From IMG/VR virus record IMGVR_UViG_2563367173_000002, positions 32,001 to 96,000 of that record: a stretch of 64,000 nucleotides of DNA. The stretch is one strand, 5' to 3'. This stretch comes from a virus. Taxonomy: Duplodnaviria > Caudoviricetes. Made by a program: the position numbers and the translations under genes. Positions 47,502 through 56,647 of this stretch are shown piece after piece (the stretch's first letter is position 1; each line of letters starts with the position of its first letter). The notes beneath the pieces are model-generated. The model saw nothing but the letters and a program-made list of their open reading frames with translations, was not told the DNA's origin and ran no database searches.

Positions 47502-48535
47502 TGTTTATCGCCTCTTTTCTCATTGAAATATTTGTCAAAACTTTTCTTTATCTCATTTAATCGTGTTTTAACTGCAGAGTTTTTCCCTGTTCCCCTTCCA
47601 GCAGCTTCATTGTATGCTTTTGATATAGTTGGTGATTTTTTACCAGAGAAAAAATTTACAAACCATTCCATCATTTCTTCATCCGATATTCCAGTTTCAA
47701 TAGATTCTGCAATTACAGGCACAATACTAATTATATGTGTTCTTGCATATATTCTTTTTGCAATTTTCTTGTCTTCAATAAGTGAATGAATGTTATAAAT
47801 ACGATCAAATACATTTCCAAGTAAGATTTCATCATTCTGTGTAATATCAACTTCTTTCATATATGGTCTAATCCACTTTGTATCAGTAGAAACATTTTCA
47901 TCATTTAGAACGGCGTGTGCTTTTACTATCAAATCTTCATTAACATGTCCATCTAAAGCAGTTTCACTTAATGCATCTGTAAACACCTTGTGCTTTCCAA
48001 GTTTTATAATTTGATCTTTAGACTTCGCTTTTACACGATTCATCGTTGCAGCATTTAAAGTTTGTCCGTTATTCAAGTTATAAAACGTATCAGCAACTTC
48101 TTCCTGTTCTGCATTATCTGTATAGCAAATTGTAAAATTGTAATCTTTGACAGATTCCTGAAAGCATGTTGGAAGTTCACTGTATTTTAATCCATTAAGA
48201 TCAATTTCTTCTAATTCTCCATCATCATTTATAACCATAAATGTGTCTAAATCACTTAATGCAAATTCATCGTTAAGAAATTTCACCACAGTAAGTGCTC
48301 TCTGCTTTCCATCTTCTCCTTCAAATACATCATCTACCTTATTGAAATATAACGGAGGAACTGCTCTTTCTAGAATTAAAGAGCGAATAAATGAAGATTT
48401 CTTTTCATTTTTCTTCCATACATATCCTCTCTGGATGTCAATATTAAAATTTACAGTACCATCAGCTATTAATTCTGCAAGTTTTCTTGCTGTCCAATGT
48501 ATTTCTGAATTTTGCGCTCCTTTGATAATCTTCAT
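47489..48535 (-). CDS. DUF262 domain protein
   Basis: IQRGYVW, FIRSLI..VPP, DGKQR, FYNLNNG. Confidence 0.82.
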   Translation of the reverse strand: MKIIKGAQNSEIHWTARKLAELIADGTVNFNIDIQRGYVWKKNEKKSSFIRSLILERAVPPLYFNKVDDVFEGEDGKQRALTVVKFLNDEFALSDLDTFMVINDDGELEEIDLNGLKYSELPTCFQESVKDYNFTICYTDNAEQEEVADTFYNLNNGQTLNAATMNRVKAKSKDQIIKLGKHKVFTDALSETALDGHVNEDLIVKAHAVLNDENVSTDTKWIRPYMKEVDITQNDEILLGNVFDRIYNIHSLIEDKKIAKRIYARTHIISIVPVIAESIETGISDEEMMEWFVNFFSGKKSPTISKAYNEAAGRGTGKNSAVKTRLNEIKKSFDKYFNEKRGDKQLNM

Positions 48536-48558
48536 GATAAATTCCTCCGTTTTTTGCT

Positions 48559-49485
48559 TTATTTGCAAATTGTAACTTTCTTTTCATTTTCTATATATAT
48601 TTTCTTTTCTATTCCAAGTTTGTCACATAACATGTCTTCAACATACAACACGCAAGATACTCTATGATCTCTTTTTGGATATTTTGTTTTAGAATTTGCA
48701 CTAAACAAAGCTGGATCGATCTTACGTAATTCTTTTGATAAAAATGTATGTATTTTCTTTCTGTTCTTTGGATGAGCGATCCATATCTCCCGTAAAGCTC
48801 TCATAACAAAAGTAGCATAACCGTTTGGCTCTTTATTCCAGCCTGCATTTTCAATAATTGAAAAAATAAAATCTAAGCATTTTTCACCATGCACTTTTGC
48901 AATCGAATATGTATCTGTATAACTTCCAAGTACGGATTCTTCTCTATTTCCCTTTGTACTAACAAATTTGATACCGTATTTATTCAGAAGCTTATCTAAA
49001 ATTGTTGCGGCTTCATCGCCAATAATTACTCTTGAAAGATGTTTCTCAAGTGGCTTTACATTTTCTACTTCTGAATCTTGTCCAATAAAATATTCTGCCT
49101 CAAATTTTAAACGCTCATTCAGATCTTCAGGTGCATCCATAAGAATAATTGCATTGAGACGATCCATTCCCTTCTCAGGAGCAACTAAGCATCTTCCCTG
49201 ACCATCTACAACCGCAAATCTGTATTCTTCTGGATGTGGAACCAAGATAATAGGAGTCAACTTCCGTTCATCCCATTTATTCTTAAGTCTGTTCAAATGT
49301 TTATGTGTTCTCATTCCTTGATAACGCCAATCAACAAAGCAACAAGATAACGGAACTACGGCACTACCTGTAAGTGTTCTCTGTGCTTTTCCTTTTCCTA
49401 CTGTCATAAGTGGTTTGATATTTGCTACAATATCATTAAACTGCATTCTTTTTGTTTCCTCATTCATTGTTGCAACTGTGTTCAT
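48559..49485 (-). CDS. ParB/Srx-like protein (DUF6551-like)
   Basis: VDWRYQ, PIILV, VVDGQGR. Confidence 0.65.
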   Translation of the reverse strand: MNTVATMNEETKRMQFNDIVANIKPLMTVGKGKAQRTLTGSAVVPLSCCFVDWRYQGMRTHKHLNRLKNKWDERKLTPIILVPHPEEYRFAVVDGQGRCLVAPEKGMDRLNAIILMDAPEDLNERLKFEAEYFIGQDSEVENVKPLEKHLSRVIIGDEAATILDKLLNKYGIKFVSTKGNREESVLGSYTDTYSIAKVHGEKCLDFIFSIIENAGWNKEPNGYATFVMRALREIWIAHPKNRKKIHTFLSKELRKIDPALFSANSKTKYPKRDHRVSCVLYVEDMLCDKLGIEKKIYIENEKKVTICK

Positions 49486-49744
49486 ACTTGAATCCTCCTT
49501 AATATGTATTTTATTATTGTTTGTATTTTCTACTTATGTCTTTGGATATATAGTGAATTTTCATCATCTTTTTTTAAATAATGTGTTCTTTGTAAAAGTA
49601 ACTTTAGATCTTTTCATATTATTTCATTCCACATTTAGTGATAAAATAATTTGTGATAATATCAACTCGTACGAACCGATTTAACTAGAATCTATTATGA
49701 CAAATCTTACTGCGTCTGTCACTATGTTTTTTGGGGTGGGGAAT

Positions 49745-49979
49745 ATGCAATTTAATGAAAATTTAAATGAATTACGTAAATAATTAAATTTATTACAAAA
49801 AAATGTTGCGGATTTTTTAGGTGTATCTGTTATAACAATTCGTCAATATGAGCAAGGAACTCGTGAACCAAACATTAAAAAATTATTAAAACTAGCCGCG
49901 TTTTTATGTATCTCTTGACGATTTATTGTGTTTTGATGATTTTAAAAAAGTTTTCTCAATTTTCTCTGATGAATACTAA
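49745..49979 (+). pseudogene. Xre HTH pseudogene
   Basis: MQFNENLNELRK*LNLLQKNVADFLGVS...YEQGTREP; stop at 49781 plus a frameshift. Confidence 0.75.
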
Positions 49980-50132
49980 ATAAATCTTCCAGCATATCCC
50001 ATGTGTTTATTGAACCAAGTCGCTTTCCAGATTCTATTTATCTATAACCTATTTCACTTATTCCTAAATATTCTGCAACTTGTTTCTGTGTCATGCCCGC
50101 TTTTCGGTGGCTTCTTTTAGATTGTTCCTCAT
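49942..50132 (-). pseudogene. Xre HTH pseudogene
   Basis: MRNNLKEA/KAGMTQKQVAEYLGISEIGYR*IESGKR; frameshift and stop. Confidence 0.7.
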
Positions 50133-50187
50133 TACATCACTTCCTTCCCCGTTTAAAGATATCCAGACTCGCATTTTCGTCACACTC

Positions 50188-50421
50188 TTAAACAATTCCA
50201 AAGATACAAGCCAACCTGTAAAGTAAATTTCTTTCACGCTTTATTTTTCTTTCTTCTTCCCTCTGTGCTTTTCTCTTCATACGATCTGAAATAGCAATCT
50301 GAATATTTATTTCCTGATACTCTATCATCTGAGTAGGAGTTAATGCGCTATATGGTGTTTTTAATGAACGATCTATAATCTCTGAACCATCTGCACATGT
50401 GATAATTCTAAATTCATACAT
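50188..50421 (-). CDS. hypothetical phage protein
   Basis: FRIITCADGSEIIDRSLKTPY, SD AAAGGA. Confidence 0.65.
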   Translation of the reverse strand: MYEFRIITCADGSEIIDRSLKTPYSALTPTQMIEYQEINIQIAISDRMKRKAQREEERKIKRERNLLYRLACIFGIV

Positions 50422-50692
50422 AATTTTTTCTTCCTTTCTTTTTCTAGTTTTTTGTGATATAATTTGATTGGTTTTTTTAATAGGATTTTATTTCTCTTTT
50501 ATTTGATAAAAGGCAAGGCGTGCTTGGTATACGGTTGCTTTATCTTGCAATGATCATATCACCAGAAACGTGATATTCAATTGACAATATCACTAATAAT
50601 CGAGATGATATTTTGTAAATTTTGTCACTAGTAATCGTGATGTTGTTATAGTATATTTTACTCATACATTTACTAACAGGAGGTTTCATAAT

Positions 50693-50919
50693 ATGCCAAT
50701 AAGCTACCGTAAATTGTTATTAATTTTTGAAGAAAAAGCATTACTTCTTATACTATTAAGAAGGAAAAGGTTATTGGTCAATCTGCATGGAAAAAGATTC
50801 ATGAAAACGGACATATTGACACACGAACCATTGAATCATTATGTAAATACCTTAATTGTCAACCTGGTGATATTTTTGAGTATATACCAGACGATGAGCC
50901 AAACTCACAATCTAAATAG
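50693..50919 (+). pseudogene. Cro/C1-type HTH gene with a 1-nt frameshift
   Basis: MPISYRKLLLIFEEK / ITSYTIKKEKVIG...TIESLCKYLNCQPGDIFEY. Confidence 0.75.
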
Positions 50920-50928
50920 CAATAACAA

Positions 50929-50985
50929 AATCAAAAAAGGTGTAAAGTCTTGATAATTTATTAAGACTTTACACCTTTTTTGATT
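50929..50985. terminator. 28-bp inverted repeat, bidirectional terminator
   Basis: AATCAAAAAAGGTGTAAAGTCTTGATAA and its reverse complement, 27 of 28 match. Confidence 0.75.
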
Positions 50986-50997
50986 AGTGGTTAATAT

Positions 50998-51174
50998 TTA
51001 GTTGACTGTTAATGATGGTTTTTGATACAACTTGCGATTAATTGCTTTTTTTTCAAATTCAATTTGTTTTAAAACATTTTCAGCATTATCTTTTTTTGCT
51101 TCAATTTCTAGCCTCTCTAAAAGCGTAAGTTGATCAAAAAGATAACAGTTTAACTCCTTTTCATTATTTGGCAT
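50998..51174 (-). CDS. small hypothetical protein (58 aa)
   Basis: Not in track; MPNNEKELNCYLFDQLTLLERLE... Confidence 0.55.
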   Translation of the reverse strand: MPNNEKELNCYLFDQLTLLERLEIEAKKDNAENVLKQIEFEKKAINRKLYQKPSLTVN

Positions 51175-51385
51175 ACAATCACCCGTCTCTCTTTAATAAT
51201 TTTCACTGTTTGTTACATTTTAATTATAACGGATTATGTAAAAAGTGTAAAGCCTTATTAAATTGTCAATGTACCAATTGCGTTTAAAACAAACCCATTA
51301 TTTTCTTCTTTTCATATTTGACTGATTGTGTTATAATTACTATCAACGTTAAATTAAAAATGACATTATATTACCTATAAAAAAT

Positions 51386-51536
51386 AGGAAAATGTTCAGT
51401 TTTTATTGACTTTTTACCGAAAATATTCTATTATAATATAAAAGAAAATATTCAATGCAAATAGATTATTTTCTACATGCAGATACTATACTAGAAAATT
51501 ATCCTTATGTCAATAATGAAATTAGATTTTTTTCTG
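51386..51536. promoter_or_regulatory. opposing promoters with about six TAGAAAATATTCTA-like operators (genetic switch)
   Basis: Plus strand TTGACT-17-TATTAT (51406-51434); minus strand TTGACA-17-TATAGT (51513-51485). Confidence 0.7.
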
Positions 51537-51558
51537 TAAATTAAAGGAGGTAAATATT

Positions 51559-51987
51559 ATGTCATTAAAAACCCGTGTGAAAAACCTTGCTAATGAACAT
51601 GGAATGAGCTTAACCGTACTTGAATCTAAACTCGGTTTTGGTAATGCCACTATTACAAAATGGGATAAAAATACGCCTAATGCCGATAAGTTAAATACAG
51701 TAGCTCAGTATTTTGGTGTAAGCATGGATTACTTATTAAACGGTATTGATCAAAATGGTCTTTCTGAAAAAGATAACCGTGATATCGCAAAAGATTTAAA
51801 CAGTCTCAAAAGAAAACTAACCAACCGTGAAGACGGCCCAGTAAACTTCGACGGAAATGATATACCGGATGATGATCTGGATATGTTTCTTGGACAAGTC
51901 GAAATCATGCTCAGACGTTTAAAACCAATTAACAAGGAAAAATATAATCCAAACAAACATAAAAAGCAGGTGGATACATTTGAATAA
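51559..51987 (+). CDS. Xre-family phage repressor (ImmR-like)
   Basis: HTH with PNADKLNTVAQYFGVSMDYLL; paired with an ImmA-like gene. Confidence 0.88.
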   Translation: MSLKTRVKNLANEHGMSLTVLESKLGFGNATITKWDKNTPNADKLNTVAQYFGVSMDYLLNGIDQNGLSEKDNRDIAKDLNSLKRKLTNREDGPVNFDGNDIPDDDLDMFLGQVEIMLRRLKPINKEKYNPNKHKKQVDTFE

Positions 51988-52462
51988 AAACATAAAACAT
52001 ATTGTTGATTATTATGTCAAAAAATGTGATAGCAGAAATCCATTTGATATTGCTGATTATTTAAACATTCAAATTCAAATAGGACAACTTGGTACGCCTT
52101 GTGGATGTTATATGTTTCTTAAAAACCATAGGTGTATATTTCTCAATGAAAATTTATCTGAAAATGAAATGAATCTTGTAATGTCGCATGAACTTGGACA
52201 TGCTATCATGCACAGAAAACTTAACTGCTATTTTATCCGCAATAAAACATTATTACTTGATTCTAAAATAGAAATAGAAGCTAATAGTTTTGCTGTAAAT
52301 TTGCTTATACCAGATGAAATTATAATGGAAAACATGAACTATACTACAGAACAACTTTCGATGTTACTTGGATATAACCAGAAATTGATTGAGTTACGCT
52401 TAAAATCATTTAAAAACGAATCGAAACAACTTGATTTTATTAATAAAATATGTAATAATTAA
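51980..52462 (+). CDS. ImmA/IrrE metallopeptidase
   Basis: NPFDIA, SHELGH, EIEANSFA. Confidence 0.92.
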   Translation: MNKNIKHIVDYYVKKCDSRNPFDIADYLNIQIQIGQLGTPCGCYMFLKNHRCIFLNENLSENEMNLVMSHELGHAIMHRKLNCYFIRNKTLLLDSKIEIEANSFAVNLLIPDEIIMENMNYTTEQLSMLLGYNQKLIELRLKSFKNESKQLDFINKICNN

Positions 52463-52465
52463 TAA

Positions 52466-52593
52466 TAGCATAACGTATCTGTTATGTTCAAATTCTGCCT
52501 ATCAGGTTATGAATTTGTGTGTATGTATAAAGACCTGTTCGAATCAGAGGTGCGCCAACACCGTTTGTATGATTTGATGGGTCTTTTTGTTTT
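52466..52593 (+). ncRNA. putative structured small RNA / 3' UTR with CGCCAA loop
   Basis: Three hairpins; GGTG-CGCCAA-CACC inside the AAAGACC...GGTCTTT terminator. Confidence 0.45.
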
Positions 52594-52605
52594 CCATTAT
52601 AAGTA

Positions 52606-53145
52606 TTAATATGAATCTATTATGCAGTTTCTGATATTTTTTAATTGTGATGCGTCATCTCCTTCTTTTACAAAATAGTATATATTATTATTTATTTCAT
52701 CTATTCCGCAATATCTATCAGACACTACTGATATGTTGTTTTCCACTTCTCTTGAATATAATGGTTTTCCTAAACTTTTTCCATATCGTTCAATTAATGC
52801 CTGCTTTACATCTTGGTTTTCTTCTGTTATTTCTTCTATTAACTTCATTTGTTTTATTTTATCTGTTTCATCCATTTCATCTATTACTGATTTGAAAAAA
52901 GGAATTTCTAATATATCTTTAGATGGAACAGATATTTCACAATGTGCCGACAGATAAGTTATATTTTCACCTTCACGTCTTCGCCAATTATATGCAAACC
53001 ATTGTAACTTGACTGCAATTTTAAAATTTAAGTCTAGTATGTTAAAACGGAATGATGATTGATTGATACTGGTAAAACACGAAAAAACCTTATCTCCAAA
53101 TAAACCTATATCAGGTAATATAAACCATCTATTAACCACATTCAA
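52606..53145 (-). CDS. hypothetical protein
   Basis: 179-aa ORF, SD AAGGAGG. Confidence 0.6.
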   Translation of the reverse strand: MNVVNRWFILPDIGLFGDKVFSCFTSINQSSFRFNILDLNFKIAVKLQWFAYNWRRREGENITYLSAHCEISVPSKDILEIPFFKSVIDEMDETDKIKQMKLIEEITEENQDVKQALIERYGKSLGKPLYSREVENNISVVSDRYCGIDEINNNIYYFVKEGDDASQLKNIRNCIIDSY

Positions 53146-53272
53146 ATGATCGCCTCCTTTATTATTAATTTAAATAGTTTAATGACTTATATATATAGTA
53201 TATAAGGCTTATTTGATGTTGTCAATATATTTTTTGGAGTTTTTATAATTTATTTTATCTTATCATAGTTTA

Positions 53273-53617
53273 CTAACAGTTAAATGAACATGAGAACGGA
53301 TGAAGCATGATTAACATATCATGTTTTATTCCAATAGGAAGTATATTAAATATATCTTTTTGCAATTCTGTGTACATAGATAATATTGAAACTCCATCCT
53401 CTTCGTCATCTTCATTTAAAATAAAAGTATTACAATTTTTTATTATTTGCAGTCCTTTTTCTTTATCAATTTCTTTTTTTGGAATCGGTATTCCTTTTTT
53501 TAAATCATAAGATAACAAGATAAATTTGTTGTATCCGAAATATTCATTTATTTCAAGTAAATTAGCTTCCATTAAGCGAATAGCCTGAAGCTTAGTGATA
53601 CTAACTAATTTTGACAT
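53273..53617 (-). CDS. hypothetical protein
   Basis: 114-aa ORF, SD AAGGAG. Confidence 0.6.
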   Translation of the reverse strand: MSKLVSITKLQAIRLMEANLLEINEYFGYNKFILLSYDLKKGIPIPKKEIDKEKGLQIIKNCNTFILNEDDEEDGVSILSMYTELQKDIFNILPIGIKHDMLIMLHPFSCSFNC

Positions 53618-53638
53618 TTTATTCTCCTTATTAATAAT

Positions 53639-54025
53639 TCAACTCATCTTCAATTCTTTAAGATCAGCATCACGCTCCCCATATGCTGCTGAATAAATAA
53701 AACATTTAAATATATCTTTTTGCAACATCCTGTCTTCTATATGACCAATCTTTTTTGCCTTTTCTTTATTAATTGTTGAGATTTGTTCTGCTAATAGTAT
53801 AGAATCTCTTTTCAAACCATTTTCTTTGCTATGTTTTATAAATAAATGAGTTGCTTGTTCTAAATTTTTTAATCTTGATGTTAAAGGCATCACAATAAGC
53901 GTTGGAGAATATTTATTTCCAATATTATTTTGAATAACAATACCTGGACGGTAACCAGATTGTATAGAGCCATCATTATCTGGAAATTCTCCAAATATAA
54001 CGTCATATTTATTAAAAGTAGTCAT
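53639..54025 (-). CDS. PemK/MazF family toxin
   Basis: GSIQSGYRPGIVIQNNIGNKYSPTLIVMPLTS, GLKRDSILLAEQI. Confidence 0.9.
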   Translation of the reverse strand: MTTFNKYDVIFGEFPDNDGSIQSGYRPGIVIQNNIGNKYSPTLIVMPLTSRLKNLEQATHLFIKHSKENGLKRDSILLAEQISTINKEKAKKIGHIEDRMLQKDIFKCFIYSAAYGERDADLKELKMS

Positions 54026-54152
54026 TGTAATGCCTCCTTCCACACATTCATTGCAGTTCATTTGTACTTGTCATTATGAAGTATATATATTATTTTTTAT
54101 ATTTAATTCCTTTTGTGTATAAGATACTACAACTCTAGTGAGGTGTATACGT

Positions 54153-54385
54153 ATGAAAATATCTATACAGAAGAAATTAAATAATATAGAAATAAGTAGA
54201 TATGAATTAGCTAAAAGGGTTGGTATAACTTATCCAACAGTTGACAATATCTATAAAGGAATTTTTTTTAAACATTAGAAGCTATATGCAAAGAACTTAA
54301 TTGTACTCCAAATGATATATTTATATCAGACGATCCACATATACAGCAATTACTTTCAAATCTGTCAATTGTCAATAAAGAATAA
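54153..54385 (+). pseudogene. Cro/C1-type HTH pseudogene
   Basis: ISRYELAKRVGITYPTVDNIYKG, then a break, then TLEAICKELNCTPNDIF. Confidence 0.7.
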
Positions 54386-54388
54386 ATA

Positions 54389-54422
54389 TTTAGGACGATA
54401 TTTAAAATAATATCGTCCTAAA
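54389..54422. terminator. terminator hairpin between convergent genes
   Basis: TTTAGGACGATATT / AATATCGTCCTAAA. Confidence 0.7.
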
Positions 54423-54429
54423 CTATTTT

Positions 54430-54987
54430 TTAGTCAACTTTTTCAAATATATCTTTTAATTCCATCTTTATATGTGGGAATGCTTTTAAACTGATAATAG
54501 TTTCTGCATTATAATGAGCATCATCAGGATCTTCTATTAAAATATAATTTTGTTCCATTGTATACTTTCCATCTTTTAAATAATATATTTCAACAGATTT
54601 CCCTTGTGGTGTAACGATCCAATATTCTTCTACTCCCGCAGTTTCGTAGATATCTTTTTTTTCAGTTTTATCTCTTTTAGCTGTTGATGGACTTAAGGTT
54701 TCCACGATAAATTTTGGAATACCACTATAAGTTCCGCCTTTTAATTTATTCCGATCACATACAATCATCACATCTGGGCAGATATAATCATCATTTTCTT
54801 CTGGATGAAATTTAAAATCAAGATTTTCCATTGATACAAGACATATGCTATCTCTTAATCCTTGCTTAATTATTGTATGAATATTACTATTTATAATTCC
54901 ATGTCGATATCCAGGGGCAGGAGACATATCATAAATAATTCCGTCAATTTTTTCATCTCTCCAATGTTCGTTTGTAGCTAATATCAT
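54430..54987 (-). CDS. Uma2 family (DUF820) endonuclease
   Basis: EKIDG..YDMSPAP..H, PDVMIVCD, VETLSPST, Y...GVEEYWIV. Confidence 0.9.
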   Translation of the reverse strand: MILATNEHWRDEKIDGIIYDMSPAPGYRHGIINSNIHTIIKQGLRDSICLVSMENLDFKFHPEENDDYICPDVMIVCDRNKLKGGTYSGIPKFIVETLSPSTAKRDKTEKKDIYETAGVEEYWIVTPQGKSVEIYYLKDGKYTMEQNYILIEDPDDAHYNAETIISLKAFPHIKMELKDIFEKVD

Positions 54988-55110
54988 ATTCTCACATCCT
55001 TACTTTAATATTTTTATGTCTATTTTATAATAATGCATATATTATGTCACTAGGGACAATAGTGTTAATAATGATAATAAAGTACACCTTGTATTTATTT
55101 ACAATTTTTA

Positions 55111-55208
55111 AAGTGAACTACCCATCATCTAAAGTCAATGGATCTCCTGCGTTATCGACCTCGCAACCTACTATCTCCATAGGCGTTAATTCGGGCTGCA
55201 CCATCTCT
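55111..55208. mobile_element. possible remnant of an IS200/IS605-family end
   Basis: GC-richer AAGTGAACTACCC...CTACTATCTCCATAGGCGTTAATTCGGG resembles clostridial IS605 ends as recalled; no tnp gene. Confidence 0.35.
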
Positions 55209-55220
55209 AACTAATATATA

Positions 55221-56261
55221 TTAGCGGCTTATTGTTTCTAATCCATCTAATAATTCGTTATATAATTTTATTAGTATAGTGGCGTCAGTTTCGTCTTTTA
55301 AGTCCAGAATCTTTCCAAATGCACAAAGCATATAATTTCTCAATTCTGAATTGTCATATACGCTGACAGGATTTTTCACTAAAAACGGAACTTCTTCACC
55401 ATCCATAACATACTTCTTATACTTCTGACCATAATCATCTAAATATTCCATTTCTAATTTAGCAGTTTCACCTAAATATTTGTTTGTCATTTTCTCCGAC
55501 GAATGATTATATAATTCCATTAGTACAGATTTTGCTACAGGATCGTTTGGATGCAGTTCCAATAGCATTTTTCCCATTCCCCGGCGCATGGAATGAGAAC
55601 GAATTTCATAATCAAGACATTCACCAGCTTTTATAAGTGCTTTCCTATATCCTTCTTCCGATATAACTTTACCTCTATGAGTACCATGTAACTGTTTAAA
55701 AATTGGTTCATCATAATCATATTTGAAATTAATACTCTTTTCATTCTCGAGAAAAATTCTAAATGCTTCTTGAACAGCGATATTAACAAAAAGTTCTTTT
55801 GATTTTCCAGTTTTTTGTTCGCCGGGGATTCTCTGATCGTCTTCATCAAGTTTCTTTATATTCCAAAACTTTTTCATACTTCCATTTTTATAGAAGAAAT
55901 CTGACCATAAAGCTTGTCGCAGATCAGATATACGCCTACCTGTATTGGCGTTCAATGTGAAAAGTAGATAGAAATTCCATTGATTGTGTTCAATAAAGTA
56001 ATTTTGAATTTTTTTCATATCTTCAAAATTTTCAATAGCTGTCTTGATAGATTTCGTACCACGCTGTTTGTTTATTACTTTACCATTTTTATCAAGGTAT
56101 TTTCGTTCGCCATCTACTTCAATAAAATATTTCCCTTTCATATTTGTTAAGATTGGATAATCATCTCCACAATATTCACATGTTTTTCTTTCTGTTTTAT
56201 GTGGTTCTTCTGTATATGTAACATTATTTAATGCTATAGCTTCCATAATCATTACCCCCAT
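55221..56261 (-). CDS. tyrosine recombinase / integrase
   Basis: TGRRISDL (R), EQKTGK (K), HSMRR (HxxR), YNHSS...TNKY (H, Y). Confidence 0.92.
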   Translation of the reverse strand: MGVMIMEAIALNNVTYTEEPHKTERKTCEYCGDDYPILTNMKGKYFIEVDGERKYLDKNGKVINKQRGTKSIKTAIENFEDMKKIQNYFIEHNQWNFYLLFTLNANTGRRISDLRQALWSDFFYKNGSMKKFWNIKKLDEDDQRIPGEQKTGKSKELFVNIAVQEAFRIFLENEKSINFKYDYDEPIFKQLHGTHRGKVISEEGYRKALIKAGECLDYEIRSHSMRRGMGKMLLELHPNDPVAKSVLMELYNHSSEKMTNKYLGETAKLEMEYLDDYGQKYKKYVMDGEEVPFLVKNPVSVYDNSELRNYMLCAFGKILDLKDETDATILIKLYNELLDGLETISR

Positions 56262-56647
56262 TTTATTGTGTTTTGATCTTACTGTTATTAATTCTCTTTA
56301 TTGTTTATCAAAGAAAATGATATTTTATCGTCTAATTTGATAAACAATAAATTAAAATACTGAACCTAGCAACTGATTTTACAGTTTGAATATTTTCCCG
56401 TCCGATTAGATGCAAGTAGCTGGGAAGCTAGATTGGCAAGGTCGTAACTCATATACACGCCTGTATAAACACTATTCGGATTAAATAACCCTAGTTATAT
56501 AAGTTGCTAAAGGTTTATTTTTCTTTCCTTTAACTGTCTTTATTATAGCATTACGTTTTTCTAATGTCAACACATTTTCATAATATTTTATTATATTTCC
56601 GTGATGTATATAGACAAAAGTAAAGACATACCTCTTATAGCATGTCT

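Noticed and set aside
56340-56480. GC-richer intergenic stretch upstream of the recombinase as a tRNA or att site
   Set aside because: No cloverleaf or T-loop consensus and no repeated core in the window; cannot be supported
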